DNA of 64,000 nt from contig OX597826.1 in NCBI GenBank assembly GCA_951406725.2, forward strand, positions 49,848,001-49,912,000, in the 5' to 3' direction. Each line of letters opens with the position of its first letter. Position 1 is the stretch's first letter. The position numbers were made by a program, and so were the translations under genes. The notes under the pieces are model-generated. The model saw only the letters and a program-made list of their open reading frames with translations. It was not told where the DNA came from and made no database searches. The stretch comes from Octopus vulgaris (taxonomy: Eukaryota). Positions 1 through 13,585 of this stretch are shown here, piece by piece.

Positions 1-145
1 ATATATATATACATAATGTATCCATACATACACTCATGCATACATATATACAAACATATATATATAGAGAGAGAGAGAAAGGGAGAGAGAGAAAGAGAGA
101 GTGTGTGTGTGTGTGCGTGTGTGTGTTTGTGTCTGTGTGTGCGTG

Positions 146-222
<77 letters not shown>

Positions 223-935
223 AGGCGCATATTAATGCAGGCAGTATTAATTTAGTTCATGTAAGCGAGATCTTGATCAGAAAATGTCCACAATGATTCT
301 ATAGGTAATCGATGACAAAGAAGCACTGTTACTATATCGTTGACCTCACTTAACACTTAAAGATCACAATACAAATGCTCCAATGACACTGTCAACAGAT
401 TATTAACTCTGCGAACTCAAAGCGCTATATAAAATCATCTACATCATCATCAACAAAACATTTTCCCCATGGAGTAGCATTAAATCTACCATTAAATATT
501 GGTTGATGGTTTGCTAGCATCGACTACAAACACACAAACGCACACAGGCATTGCAGATTCTTACCCTTCAATTGTTAGATTCCTACATTTAAAAGCACTC
601 ATTTGTTTTCGAAGTGCAACTGTACAATTACTGACCAGGAAATCACGGTCATAACTCACACTGAATTTTTGCTTTCCTTTGATGAAACTCTAGGAATCCA
701 AAAAGAAAAAGAAAAAGAAAAGCGACTACATATCCTTCGACATATAGATTGATCGTAAAAATTCTAAGAAAGTTAAAATCTAAGAAGTGAAATCCTTTAC
801 ACACTCTACATACACCTGAAATTCAGCTACATACATTCAGGTACATATCAGTGAGCTCATATAATCTCAAAACATGAACGTCATTGGTACCTTTAAAGAA
901 CTTGACATAAAAATAACAAAATAACAAAATATATA

Positions 936-1107
936 GGCGCAGGAGTGGCTGTGTGGTAAGTAGCTTGCTAACCAACCACATGGTTCCGGGTTCAGTCCCA
1001 CTGCGTGGCATCTTGGGCAAGTGTCTTCTGCTATAGCCCCGGGCCGACCAATGCCTTGTGAGTGGATTTATAGACGGAAACTGAAAGAAGCCTGTCGTAT
1101 ATATGTG

Positions 1108-1175
<68 letters not shown>

Positions 1176-1400
1176 TGTGTTTGTGTGTCTGTGTTTGTCC
1201 CCCTAGCATTGCTTGACAACCGATGCTGGTGTGTTTACGTCCCCGTCACTTAGCGGTTCGGCAAAAGAGACCGATAGAATAAGTACTGGGATTACAAAGA
1301 ATAAGTCCCGGGGTCGATTTGCTCGACTAAAGGCGGTGCTCCAGTATGGCCGCAGTCAAATGACTGAAACAAGTAAAAGAGTAAAGAGTAAAGAGTAAAA
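936..1400 (+). mobile_element. tRNA-derived SINE, family A (full length, internal (TA)n(TG)n tract)
   Basis: Pol III A-box-like TGGCTGTGTGG and B-box-like GGTTCAGTCCC; 3' (GTAAAAGA)n tail; near-identical copies at 40898, 45562 and 49523. Confidence 0.9.
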
Positions 1401-2358
1401 GCACGCAGATTTATGCTTTGTCAACTTCTTTCATATTGGTCTTAATTTAAGTAATATTAATCGCCACCTCTTCAGAAAAAGCAAACAAATGCGATTAAAC
1501 GTTAACGAAGACTCCCTTATTAAAACCGTAGCGAAAATATCAGCGCAGATTTGTTGAGGTTACGTAGCTTCAGTGGCACATCTTGGAGTTTATCAACTTT
1601 CTCTCCAGTTACGAAAACGGGGTATTACGTATTAAAGGGAAAACAGTCTCAGGAACAGTTGGATCCCTGGATGTGAGGAACAAAATGTGGATAATAACCT
1701 ACAAACCTTAGCAGTGCTGACAACGCTACGCACAGTCCAAATGATGATGAGCCCTTTTTACTAATCTAAGATACTCTTAATCCAAAAGCACGGATCAATC
1801 AAGATGCTTTATGCACTCACGACTTGCTCTATAACAATAGGCAGCCAGTGATATAATGCAACTCACACAACTCATTCTCTGGAGAATCACACCAAATTGC
1901 CTGACTCAAAACACACTCAAGACAGTTAACTAAAGCTTTCACCGTCACTTGCAAGTGAGTATGACCTAGTAGTTTGTAGCATGCTAATAGTTTAAGGGTA
2001 ATAGCTTTAGGTATCTACATAGTCGTAAGCAGACATGGACAGAGATGACGGTGGTGGCAGCGGCGGCAACGACAGTGGGGATGGGGGGGGGTTACCGTGG
2101 TTGTCGTCGTCCTCGTCATAACAGTGCTGGTGGTGGCTTCCACAGCAGGTGTAGAAGATTATAGCATTGTCATACTGCTGATTGTTACCCGCTGATGAAG
2201 GTGGCGTATGAATACATCAATTTATATACCTGTTTTCGCTAGGAATAGGGTATTTGGAAAATATCCAGGAATATGTATCTTCTGTATATATAAACTACCC
2301 GCGCATGTATTTAGAAACTCATATTTTGTCTGTCTTCCTTTCTCTCCTTTACTCTGTC

Positions 2359-2395
<37 letters not shown>

Positions 2396-2605
2396 TGTGT
2401 GTGTATATATATTTGTTTGTGCATAGATAAATATATGTATGTGTTTGTGTGTGTGCATATATATATATTTTAAAACATTTTGTCTATATTGTGTATATAT
2501 TGCGTATTTCATTTTCTATACCTTCATATATATATATATATATATATATACACTCATACATACATTGATAGATACTTTATAGACGTGTATATATATGTAT
2601 ACTTG

Positions 2606-2684
<79 letters not shown>

Positions 2685-2929
2685 CATTACAATTTTGTGT
2701 TTATAGAATTTATATACTTTTGTATTCCATATTTATGTGTGTGTATATATATGTATATAAACGTGCATGTATGTATGTATGTATGTATGTATAGTGTTCG
2801 TTGCCAACTTCGACTGACAGCTGGTTATGAATTTCCTGTGAACAATGAAGGAAAAATGAAAGAGAAATCAATGTGACGCAGTTGAACTTGTCTCCTTTCG
2901 GAGTTCGGAGCAGGGAAATCAGAAGTTGC

Positions 2930-3064
2930 AGGAGGAGGAGGAGGAGGAGAAGAAGAGGGAGAAGAAGAAGAAGAAGAAGAAGAAGAAGAAGAAGAAGAAA
3001 AAAAGAAGAAGAAAAAGAAAAAGAAGAAGAAAAAGAAAAAGAAAACGAAGAAGAAGAGGAAGAA

Positions 3065-3102
<38 letters not shown>

Positions 3103-3751
3103 CGATGACGACGACAACTATAACAATCATGATGAAGATGATGATGGTGGTGGTGGTGGTGGTGGTGGTGGTGGTGGTGGTGGTGGTGGTGGTGGTGGTG
3201 GTGGTGGTGGTGGTGGTGGTGGTGATGATGATGGTGATGTTGATGACGACGATGATGATGAAGCGGCTAATGATGACATGAATGATGACGAGGAGGAGGA
3301 AAAAGGAGGAGAACGGAAGATGAGAGGGAACAAAAAAAAATCTTTAAAATCTAGAATCAGAAAAATTAAGAAATGTAGAAATAATTTTCTATTCGATAAT
3401 TTTTTTTTATGTTATTTATTGTATCTTTATTGTTCGTTCACTATTGTTATTTTTTTATTGTTATTTATTCTATCCTTTTGTTGGTTCACAATTGTTGTTT
3501 TTTTTTTTTTTTCTGTTGACAAAGTTGTGAGATACCTTCTTGTTATTCGTTGTTGTAGTTCTTGTTGCTGTTGCTGTTAATATATCGCTTGCTTTGCTCT
3601 GTCTTACTCGCTACTGCTACTGCTGCTACTGCTGCTGCTCCCACTGGGTTTTTTTTGGGGGGGGGGGGGATTTCTTTGGTGGGGGGTGTTGTTTTGTTTT
3701 TCGTTTTTCTTTTGTTGCTGTTGTTCTTGTAGTTGCAGTTGTTGTTCAAGA

Positions 3752-3792
<41 letters not shown>

Positions 3793-4144
3793 ACTACAAC
3801 TAACAACACCACAACAACTACTACTACTATTATTACCACTACTACTACTACTACTACTACTACCAACAACACCACAATCACCACTACTACTACTATTACA
3901 ACTACTACCACAACTACTACCAGCATTACCACAACCATCAGCAATACTGCTACTACTACGAACACCAACACAACCACCACCACCACCACTACTTTTACAT
4001 CTACTATTATTTCTACTACAACGACTACTACAACTACCAGCACCACCACAACAACCACAACCACTACTAATACTACAACTACTATTACCACCAACACCAC
4101 CCGCACTATCACCACCGCCACCACCACCACTACCACCACTACTA

Positions 4145-4182
<38 letters not shown>

Positions 4183-4432
4183 ACTGCAGTTGTTGTTAGT
4201 AGTGTGGGTGTTATTCTTATTACTGTTTGTTTCTTTGTTTTTTCGCTATTGTTTATTCTTGTTGATGTTGCTGTTATGTTGTGTTGTTATTGTTGATGAT
4301 GATGATGAGGATGATGATGATGATGATGATGATACAACTATTTTTATTGTTGCTGTGTTTGCTGTTTCAGTTGTTGTTGTTGACGGCGACGGCGACGACG
4401 ATGATGATGATGATGACGACGATGTCGGCGAT

Positions 4433-4464
<32 letters not shown>

Positions 4465-4512
4465 TGATGATGACCATGACGACGACGACGTCGGCGATGA
4501 TGATGATAACGA

Positions 4513-4603
<91 letters not shown>

Positions 4604-4850
4604 AATGACGATGATGATGACGCTGATGATGACGTCGGCGATGATGATGATGATAACAATGACGACGACGACGACGACGACGATGACGATGACGATGATG
4701 ATGATGACGATGATGATGATGATACTATTGCTTTTATTGTAGCTGTTGCTATTTTAGCTGGGTTTTTTGTTGTTGTTGTTGTTGATGTTGTTGTCGGAAT
4801 TGTTGTTATTATTTTTATTGCCGTTGTTATTGTTGCTGTTTACTGTTGTT
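2930..4850. repeat. Compound trinucleotide microsatellite patchwork (GGA/GAA/GAT/GGT/CTA/ACC/GAC/GTT)
   Basis: Visible directly; explains the homopolymeric ORFs in all frames. Confidence 0.95.
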
Positions 4851-5054
4851 TCCCCAAGTTGCTCTCTTTCCAGTGATAAACTTCACAATAACAGCAGAGA
4901 CTCACAAAAGACAGAAAATGGTGGTTCCACCTTTTCTTCGATCTTCGAAGGACAGGAACTAAAAGGCGTGGGGAAGGAGAAGAAGGTGAAGGGGGCACAT
5001 TAGGAAGTGGATCTGAGAGTGAATATGTGTGTGGGGGAGGCTTATGTCCATGTA

Positions 5055-5098
<44 letters not shown>

Positions 5099-5149
5099 CC
5101 TTTGTTCCTGTATATATATATATATAGGCATACGTACAGTAATTATATA

Positions 5150-5200
5150 TTAGACAGATACATAGATGAATAGATAGAGACAAACAGAGATAGATAGATG

Positions 5201-5236
<36 letters not shown>

Positions 5237-5286
5237 AACAGAGAGAGATAGATAGAAACAGACAGACAGATATTCAGAGACAGAGG

Positions 5287-5357
<71 letters not shown>

Positions 5358-5519
5358 GTTTCTTTATTGGCCACACAGGGCTGCACACAGATGGGACAAG
5401 TTACAAGGTAGAGCTTTTCTTTTGGGTGAGGAAAAAAAAAGGTGGCGTAGGTTTTCGATCAAAAGGGATCGTAAAAGGGAAAAAAGAACAAAAAAGGAAA
5501 AAAAGAAAAAAGATAGATG

Positions 5520-5596
<77 letters not shown>

Positions 5597-5672
5597 GTAG
5601 ATAGGTAGGTAGGTAGGTAGGTAGGTAGGTAGGTAGGTAGGTAGGTAGGTAGGTAGGTAGATAGATAGATAG
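5150..5672. repeat. (GATA)n/(GGTA)n tetranucleotide microsatellites
   Basis: Visible directly. Confidence 0.9.
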
Positions 5673-7440
5673 AATAAATACATTTGTTCGTGTATATCTG
5701 TGTATACGTCTCTGCGACTGTGCCTGTGTGAATATGTATGTACGAGTGTATTTATGTATGTGTACGCCTATTTTCTTTCGTGCGCCTATATAATATATAT
5801 ACATACATGTATAGTTATATATCTGTATGTATGCCTGTGTGTGTTTATGTGTATGTTTGTTTGTGTATATGTATATTTATGTGTGTATGTATGTGTGTGT
5901 GTGCGCGCGCAGCAGAACTAAAACAAAATCTCTTCGTATTACTCAGTAATACGACGATGTACACGTTACGACTTTACTTGAAGCTCTTCGTCTTTCCAGC
6001 TTCGTCTGCCATTCTCGTCTTCTTTACCTTAGGTTCGTTTTGCAGTTGCTGCAATTATTATTGTCGCTCTTGTGGCATTGCTCTTATTGTTGTTATTTTT
6101 GTTTTTATTGTTATTGCCACAACTCTACATCATTGCCTCTAATTCTCACGTTGTCTTTCCTTCATCTGATGGAGTTTCTGCCTTATTATTGTTGCTCTTG
6201 CTGTAACAATTATTGCTGTTATTATTATTATTATCATTACTATTATTATTATTATTATTAGGATCTTTTCAGTTTGAAGGCCAGATTTTCTTAGTTAACT
6301 AAACAATTTGAAACTTCGTATACTGGTAGAATGTGTCAAAAGAAAACATAATTGTAACCCAAAATGAAAACGGAATTGTAATTTCTAAGTTTAACGTTGT
6401 TTAATAATTCGAATTTTAACCAATGATATTCTTTCTTTCGACCTCATATTATTTACTGCCTCTCAAAATATTGTTACTGTGACGTAAACAGCTATTTTGT
6501 GACGTGGTTAACGTAAACATGTAAACAGACCTACAGATTCGTTTGTAACGTAAACATCCGCTCATCGTAAATAGCTAAATTCGCTTGGCATCGTACACAG
6601 CTTTTTCAGTTCCCTAGAATTATATTTCAAAGAAAATAAAAAGAAAAAGATTCATACGCATAAATATCCATCCTTAGACATCAGAAAATGAGTGTTTAAA
6701 TTATTTTCCATTGTTTGCATTGCTTACACGCACACACGTACATACATACACACATACTGAAATTACATCGTTGGAGCAGTAATTTATTTATGTATTTTTT
6801 GTTATACAATTTATTTTAAAGCTGAATCCCTATCCTGCCATTAACCCCTTTCTTATAAAATAGTTGAAGAATCTGGGGTGTAGGTATTGGGCCAGTATTG
6901 GAACTTTTAACTTCTTGCTCTCTATCTTATGATCTCCGAAATTTAAGAATCTTGTGTTAACTCGGCTCTTATTATTTACTCTGACTCTGCCACCACCTCA
7001 ATGCAAAGACTATCAATATCAGAATCATCTTCACAACCACCACTACAACCATTACTACAACCTCGAATGCCACCACCACAACCATCTTCTGCAACCACAA
7101 CCCCAAGATCAATACCAGCATCATATTCAAAATCACCAATTTCACCACCACTACACTCTGCAATGTCTTCAACTCTACCATCCATGAGATATCCTAACAT
7201 AATCAATGCTACTACTACTATCATCATCATTATCATCATCATCCACTGCCGCCACCACCATCACCATCTCTACAAAAACACCAACACTATAATTTCTGCC
7301 ATCATACACATCCACTGTCACCACTACACCACCACTGCCATGATAACCACATCTACCACCTCCAACACCATTGCCACCACTATCTATGAGACATCCTAAG
7401 TTAGAAACTACTTTCACTTTCTAGTTGCTCTTTGAGTTTA

Positions 7441-7841
7441 TCTTTATATATAAAAGAGAGGTTGTGTGTCTGTCTCCTACGATTTAAATTCCTAACTACT
7501 CCCACATTTTGCGGTGCAGTTTAACCAAAACCGGGTATCTTATAGTCGTGATTCATATCGAGCCCTTCTGGGTATTAGCGCGCGTCTACGATGAGTCTAC
7601 GATTTTAAAAAAAATTTACTATAATTTTTTTTCCATTTTAATGCATTTTTCGATATTATATAAGGGAAGTAACTCTCTAAAAATGTCTACAATGAGTCAA
7701 CGATTTAAAAAAAAAATTTACCATCATTTTTTTCCATTTTTAATGCATTTTTTTTTTGCTATTTTTGGGCTATAACTCTCTAAAAATGCTTATATAGTTA
7801 TTTCCCTTACAAACCCGAGCAACGCCGGGCGATACTGCTAG
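7441..7841 (+). mobile_element. Non-autonomous Helitron (~400 bp)
   Basis: A|TC 5' end; subterminal hairpin CCCGAGCAACGCCGGG; CTAG|T 3' end; no TSD; homologous copies at 10077 and 38976. Confidence 0.88.
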
Positions 7842-8436
7842 TTATATCTAATCTATCTCTCTAAAAGATGCAAAGCAAGTAGCATTAAATGGTGAATGGA
7901 TGTGAGCAGAAAGAGAGTAAGTTCCATTCCAGTTTACAACAATTATAGAATTATAGAATTCTCAAACCATAAATGAAGGGTGGAGAGGAGTGAAGGAGGA
8001 GTCATGTTTCCTCTGAGGGGTTACAGAAGTAATAAGCACTGAAAAGTGGAGTTTGCGTTATTATTTTTGTTTCATAGTTTACAATTATTTCTACAAATTC
8101 ATTTTGACTTATCTTCAATCATGTTTATAAACGTGACCGCTGTGCCGTCCACTATAAACATTGATTAATGTCCTATATTTAAGCGATAGACAAACACTTC
8201 ATATTATTTTTTGTAGAGAGTTGCGAGGGATCATTTCTATGAACGGGGTATCTGTACAACGGATATAACTACATCATTAATTGTGGAGTCGTTTAAAAAC
8301 ACGATGCAAGATTAAGTCAACATGGAATTTTTGAAACAATCATAAATTGTTCTATATTTTAGAGATGAGGAATTCTGTACAATATTTACATTTTTTACAT
8401 TGGACGGATATTTGTCCTCATCTTGTTTGTTGCTAC

Positions 8437-8478
8437 CACAAAATTTCGGCTGATTTACTCTCCAGCCTTCATCAGGTG
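8437..8478 (-). ncRNA. Minimal hammerhead ribozyme-like motif in a Penelope-like fragment (~8360-8510)
   Basis: Minus strand: CAC-CUGAUGA-A-GGCUG...CAGCC-GAAA-UUUU-GUG; helix I CAC/GUG, helix II 5 bp. Confidence 0.6.
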
Positions 8479-8557
8479 TCCTGGTAGAATTTTGAATCCA
8501 ACCCTAGGTTCTAAGGTGCCACGCAATGTGAATGAACCCGAAACTATGTGGCTGGTA

Positions 8558-8674
8558 TGGCCGGTCAGGGAGTCACCTTTGCTTTCGCGCCTTTTACGTT
8601 CTTAGCCGTGGGAGACGTCTATATTGCTAAGAGTATAAAAAGTGTGAAACCAATGGTAACGTCCTGACTGGTCG
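8558..8674. mobile_element. Small MITE with TA flanks inserted into a decayed SINE A head
   Basis: Imperfect TIRs TA|TGGCCGGTCAGGGAGTCACC ... GGTAACGTCCTGACTGGTCG|TA. Confidence 0.5.
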
Positions 8675-8934
8675 TAAACCACAACTACATTAGATATTAC
8701 TACGATATATCTAAAAAAAACATTTACTTGTCTCAGTCATTCGACATATTCTATCGGTTAATTTCGTCGAACTTCTAAGTTGCGGGGATGGAAAGGAAGT
8801 CAACAAGCGGTTGTCTGGGACAAGCACGAAGCTAGCCCCCTCCGGCCCACAAACACGTATATACGACGGGCTTTTTTCAGTTTCCATCGTCCAAATCTAT
8901 TTGACCTAGTGACCAGGCAGCAAACTCCTACGCC

Positions 8935-9018
<84 letters not shown>

Positions 9019-9668
9019 GTCCCCGTAGCTTAGCGTTTTGGAAAAAGAAACCGATAGAATAAGTGCTAGGGTTCCAAAGAGTAAGTCCTGGGGTCGATTT
9101 CTATAACTAAAAAACCTTCAAACTCTGCTTGTTGTTCTTTCACCTGTCTTCGTCGTTTGTTTTCTGTAAATTTGAACTACACACACACGCGCGCGCGCGC
9201 GCACGCACACACACACACTCACACACACACACACACACGCACACATACACACGCACACACATATATATATAGGTAAAAGATTAATGAGTGCGTGCGTTAC
9301 ATAAATATCTTCAGGATTAAATAAAAAGACAACAAACGGAAAATATGACATATCTATATATATATAATTAAAAATAAACGTATTGTAAATAAACAAACGA
9401 ACACATACTAAATGCACAGGCGAACAGAAAACGCACAAGGTCACAAATTCTTCATCAGTTATCAGCAAGAGGGGTCAAACGCAATTTCGGGCATTATCGA
9501 TACTATTGTTTCTTTCGCTGTTCGCAAAAAAGTTCGTATTCCATATTTTCGTATTTCGTATTTCCTGTTGTTTACCTTCTGTGACGTCCTGAACCCATAT
9601 ATGCATATGTATATACATATATATGTAAGTATATACATACACACAACATACATACATACATACATACA

Positions 9669-9773
<105 letters not shown>

Positions 9774-10031
9774 CATTATCTATAAACATTACAATTGTTT
9801 CGACACATTTTTACACTTGTTCATTGGTGAGATGTTGTGTAATCATTATCACCAATTCAAGGTGTGAAATGCACCTTCTTTGAGTAAGACTTTATACGAG
9901 CTTTATATAGCATACCACAAGGGTTTTACACGTATATTTACTCGCGTATGTGTGTATATGTATAAAAGCGGAGCAAGAGTACACACGAAGACAGAAAGTC
10001 AAATGACTGTAACAAATAAAAGAATAAAAGA

Positions 10032-10076
<45 letters not shown>

Positions 10077-10077
<1 letters not shown>

Positions 10078-10473
10078 TAGCAGTGTCGCCCGGCGTTGCT
10101 CGGGTTTGTAAGGGAAATAACTATATAAGCATTTTTTGAGATGTAAAGTATAATAGCCATCTCAATATGGCTAACCACAAAGGGGGAGTGTTACTGTAGC
10201 TTTTTACATTCTGAGATTTAATAATACATTTTTAGAGAGTCACTTCCCTTATGTAAACCGAGCGAAAATGCATTAAAAATGCGGAAAAAATTATGGTAAT
10301 TTTTTTTAAAACCATAAACTCATCGTAGACGTGCGCTAATACCCAGAAGGGCTCGATATGAATCACGACTATAAGATACCCGCTTTTGGTTACACTGCAC
10401 CGCAAAATGAGGGAGTAGTTAGGAATCTAAATCGTAGGAGACAGACACACAACTTCACTTTTATATATAAAGA
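10077..10473 (-). mobile_element. Non-autonomous Helitron (same family as 7441)
   Basis: CTAG end, CCCGGCGTTGCTCGGG hairpin, TC start on minus strand; inserted in (TA)n. Confidence 0.88.
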
Positions 10474-10525
10474 TATATATATATATATATATATACATAT
10501 ATACACACATACACATATATATACA

Positions 10526-10568
<43 letters not shown>

Positions 10569-10681
10569 CATACATATATATATACAGTGTATATATATAT
10601 ATAAAATTTGAGGGAATATTATACATAACCTACAGGGAAAAATTCAATTTAGAAATACTAATTCAAATTTCACGAAATATA

Positions 10682-10705
<24 letters not shown>

Positions 10706-10712
<7 letters not shown>

Positions 10713-10888
10713 GAAAAAAACACCTTTTATCAATTCAAAATGAACAATCAAATTACACCATCTAGAAAATTACATATAATAGAAATATTAAATATAAAAT
10801 AATAATATACCGATGATTAAGTAATGTGCAAAATAATAAATAAATCGTATATATCATGAATTGATAAAAGGTGTTTTTTTTCTAATTT
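10706..10888. mobile_element. (TA)n-flanked fold-back element or MITE
   Basis: ~30-bp TIRs AAATTAGAAAAAAACACCTTTTATCAATTCA / TGAATTGATAAAAGGTGTTTTTTTTCTAATTT. Confidence 0.65.
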
Positions 10889-11289
10889 ATATATATATAT
10901 ATACAGTCTTTTCTGTTGCTTGACCATTAATACCTGCTATATATCTCTCTCTTGCTGCCTTCGAAACACACTGCCACACATACATAGACGCACACACACA
11001 TACATGAAAGCAATTTCTCACACTCAAACACTCTAGCACTCATTCTTAAAATAATTCAAATATAAACACCAGTCATACAGAATACATTCACACTCTTTGA
11101 TTTTCCTGTACCCCCTTCTCCTAACCGGATTCTGACCTTGAACTATCTTAACGGACATTCTCGTCTGCTTTCACCCAGCCTGGCGTCAACGCATATAGAT
11201 AGACAGTTTGTGCCATTTATTCCATGGGCTCCTCGTGAGCGTTTGTGAAAAGCTTGCTGTGCATTTTGTTGGAGAATTAAGTTCCTGGA

Positions 11290-11373
11290 TTTTCCTGAAG
11301 AGAAGGCTGCAAAATGGACTCCTTATTCAATCCGAATTAGGGACTTTGCAGCCTTTGAAACATATGTAGAAAA
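11290..11373 (+). ncRNA. Minimal type-I hammerhead ribozyme (Penelope/retrozyme-like)
   Basis: UUUUC-CUGAAGA-GAAGGCUGCAAA...UUUGCAGCCUUU-GAAAC-AUAU-GUA-GAAAA; helix I 5 bp, helix II ~12 bp, palindromic helix III ACAUAUGU; AATAAA just downstream. Confidence 0.8.
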
Positions 11374-11460
11374 TAATAAAAAGGAATTTTGTTAAATCTT
11401 CGTTTCTTCCTACACTAAATATATATATATATATATATATATATAGATATATATATATAT

Positions 11461-11724
11461 TTATTACACACATGTGAGTGAGAACACTTTGAGATATTTT
11501 TGGTATCTAACATATGTCAGATACTGCGAGCGCTGCTTCTAATTGGTCAATCCATGGTGATGACCCGAGGTCACGGTGACAGCGCTGCTTCTGATTGGTC
11601 AATCCATGGTGATGACTTGAGGTCACGGTGACGGCACTACTTTTGTCATTCATAAGTTACAACTAAACGTGAAGAATTTAGTTATTGGGTTAATAAAATA
11701 TGGTCCTTTATTCGTGTGTAATAA
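11461..11724. mobile_element. Non-autonomous TIR element with internal 52-bp tandem duplication
   Basis: TTATTACACAC ... GTGTGTAATAA termini; units start at 11529 and 11581. Confidence 0.5.
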
Positions 11725-11741
11725 ATAAAATACCAAACTCA

Positions 11742-11801
11742 TTCCCTATGGATACCGTATTTATTACAACTCGTTGTAATAAATACGGTATCCATAGGGA
11801 A
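11742..11801. repeat. Perfect 29-bp-arm palindrome with 2-nt loop
   Basis: TTCCCTATGGATACCGTATTTATTACAAC-TC-GTTGTAATAAATACGGTATCCATAGGGAA. Confidence 0.95.
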
Positions 11802-12067
11802 CTCGTTTGGTATTCTCTATATATATTCAGTCAAACTAATGCACCTGCTTGTTATTCCTGCACCTGTCTTCGTCTTTTGTTGTTTTCTGTAAATATATCC
11901 TTTTATATATGTGTGCTGCAAGATTCTTGATGTGAAACCGTGCGTTGAAACAGATATTGTTGTATTTCGAGATAGTTATTTTTTCCCTCTTTTTGCCAAA
12001 TAAACAGGCGCACTATATAATTCCCTTTTCACTCATTTATTACTGTTCTTATTCTAATTTATGTTTA

Positions 12068-12115
12068 TCGTCCGGAAATCTTTCGTCACACTGTCTGTGA
12101 ACTCTTCAGCGACAC
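12068..12115 (-). ncRNA. Minimal hammerhead ribozyme-like motif
   Basis: Minus strand: UCG-CUGAAGA-G(U)UCACA gacag UGUGAC-GAAA-GAU-UUC-CGG. Confidence 0.6.
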
Positions 12116-12756
12116 TGGAGCACTGCATTTAGTCGAGCAAATCGACTCTAGGGATTATTCTTTGTAAGCCTAGTACTTATTCTATCGGTCTGTTTTTGCC
12201 ACACACACACACATACATATACACACACACACACATACATATATACACATACGCACACACACTCACACACGTATACACACATACATCTTGTTGATTCTTG
12301 GGAGGGTCATTATGCCAATAACGATATGGTTACACATCTGACCAACTTCGTAATCGATCGTTTGTTTGGTTAAACAATCAAAGTTTTATTTCTTCGTGAA
12401 AGTCCGTTCGTCGCTATTTTTCGCGACCTTTTCAATAGCTTGTCCTTTCTCTTCAACGTCTGCCCTGAAATTTGGCCGCGAATTAATCTTATGTCTGCGT
12501 GCATGCATGCCTTTCTATGTGTGTGTAGATGTGTGTTTGCTTAGAAGAATAAGGGTGAGAGGAAAGGAGATTATGTGCGTGCGTGCGAGTGTGTATGTGT
12601 GTGTGTGTGTGCATGCGTATGTGTGTGGTTGTGTGTACACTTGTGTGACTACTTGCATGTGTATGTGTACGTGTGTGTTAGTGTGTGTAGCCATCCATGA
12701 CTAGGTATGTGTATGTATAACTGTGTCTATATACGCACATAGATTTATATGCAAGA

Positions 12757-12981
12757 GGCGGCGAGCTGGTAGAAGCGTTAGCACGCCGGGCGAAATGCTT
12801 AGCAGTATTTCGTCTACGTTCTGAGTTCAAGTTCCGCCGAGGTCGACTTTGCCTTTCATCCTCTCGGGGTCGATAAATAAAGTACCAGTTTCGCACTGGG
12901 TCGATGTAATCGACTTAATCCGTTTGTCTGTCCTTGTTTGTCCCCTCTATGTTTAGCCCCTTGTGGGTAGCAAAAGAAATA
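12757..12981 (+). mobile_element. tRNA-derived SINE, family B
   Basis: GAGCTGG..GTTAG A-box region, GAGTTCAA B-box, conserved GGTCGACTTTGCCTTTCATCC core, AAGAAATA tail; many copies in the window. Confidence 0.88.
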
Positions 12982-13006
12982 TATATCATGTATATATGTG
13001 AATAGA

Positions 13007-13456
13007 AGCAGGCGTGACTGTGTTGTAAGCTGTTCCGGGTTCAGTCCAGCTGCGTGGCACTTTGAGCGGGTGTTTCTACTATAGCCCTGGGTCGACTAAA
13101 CCCTTGTGAGTAGATTTGGTTGACGGAATCTGAAAAAGCTTGTCATATATGTGTTTATCAATATTTAGCAGAAGCAACAGAGTGACTCGGGGGGCGAGAG
13201 TTTCGTTCATTGACACTTGTCAAACTACACACAGACACACACAAACACACACACACACACACACACACACTCTCACACACACACATACATATGCATGAGT
13301 GGCTGTGTGGTAAGTAGCCTGCTTACCAACTACATGGTTCTGGGTTCAGCCCCATTACGCGATGCCTTGGTCTTCTACTAGAGCCTCAAGCCAACCAAAG
13401 CCTTGTGAGTGAATTTGGTAGACGGAAACTGTGTGTGTGTTTGTGTTTGTCCCCCC
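13007..13456 (+). mobile_element. Two decayed 5' portions of SINE family A (13007-13146, 13296-13456)
   Basis: Homology to 936-1200. Confidence 0.7.
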
Positions 13457-13585
13457 GATGGTGGCATGTATATACATAATATTATTGTTCTTTTTTGCGA
13501 AATATATAGAATTACTTTAAAGAAGTGTTCGGGTCGAAACAAGTAAAAGAATAAAAGAAAGAAAAGAAAGAACAGCACTGAACAA

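Noticed and set aside
823-1398. Recurrent ORFs MSSNARGTNTD.. and MPRSGTEPGTMW..
   Set aside because: Antisense translations of SINE A copies; recurrence reflects the repeat, not a protein family
2710-5003. Poly-D/E/G/T/V ORFs
   Set aside because: Trinucleotide microsatellites open in several frames on both strands; no domain signature
4873-5003. Possible terminal exon after CTCTCTTTCCAG
   Set aside because: Acceptor-like site only; peptide unrecognisable and no partner exons seen
6954-7417. Pro/Ser/His-rich ORFs
   Set aside because: Decayed CAC/CAT/CAA microsatellite; no splice or domain support
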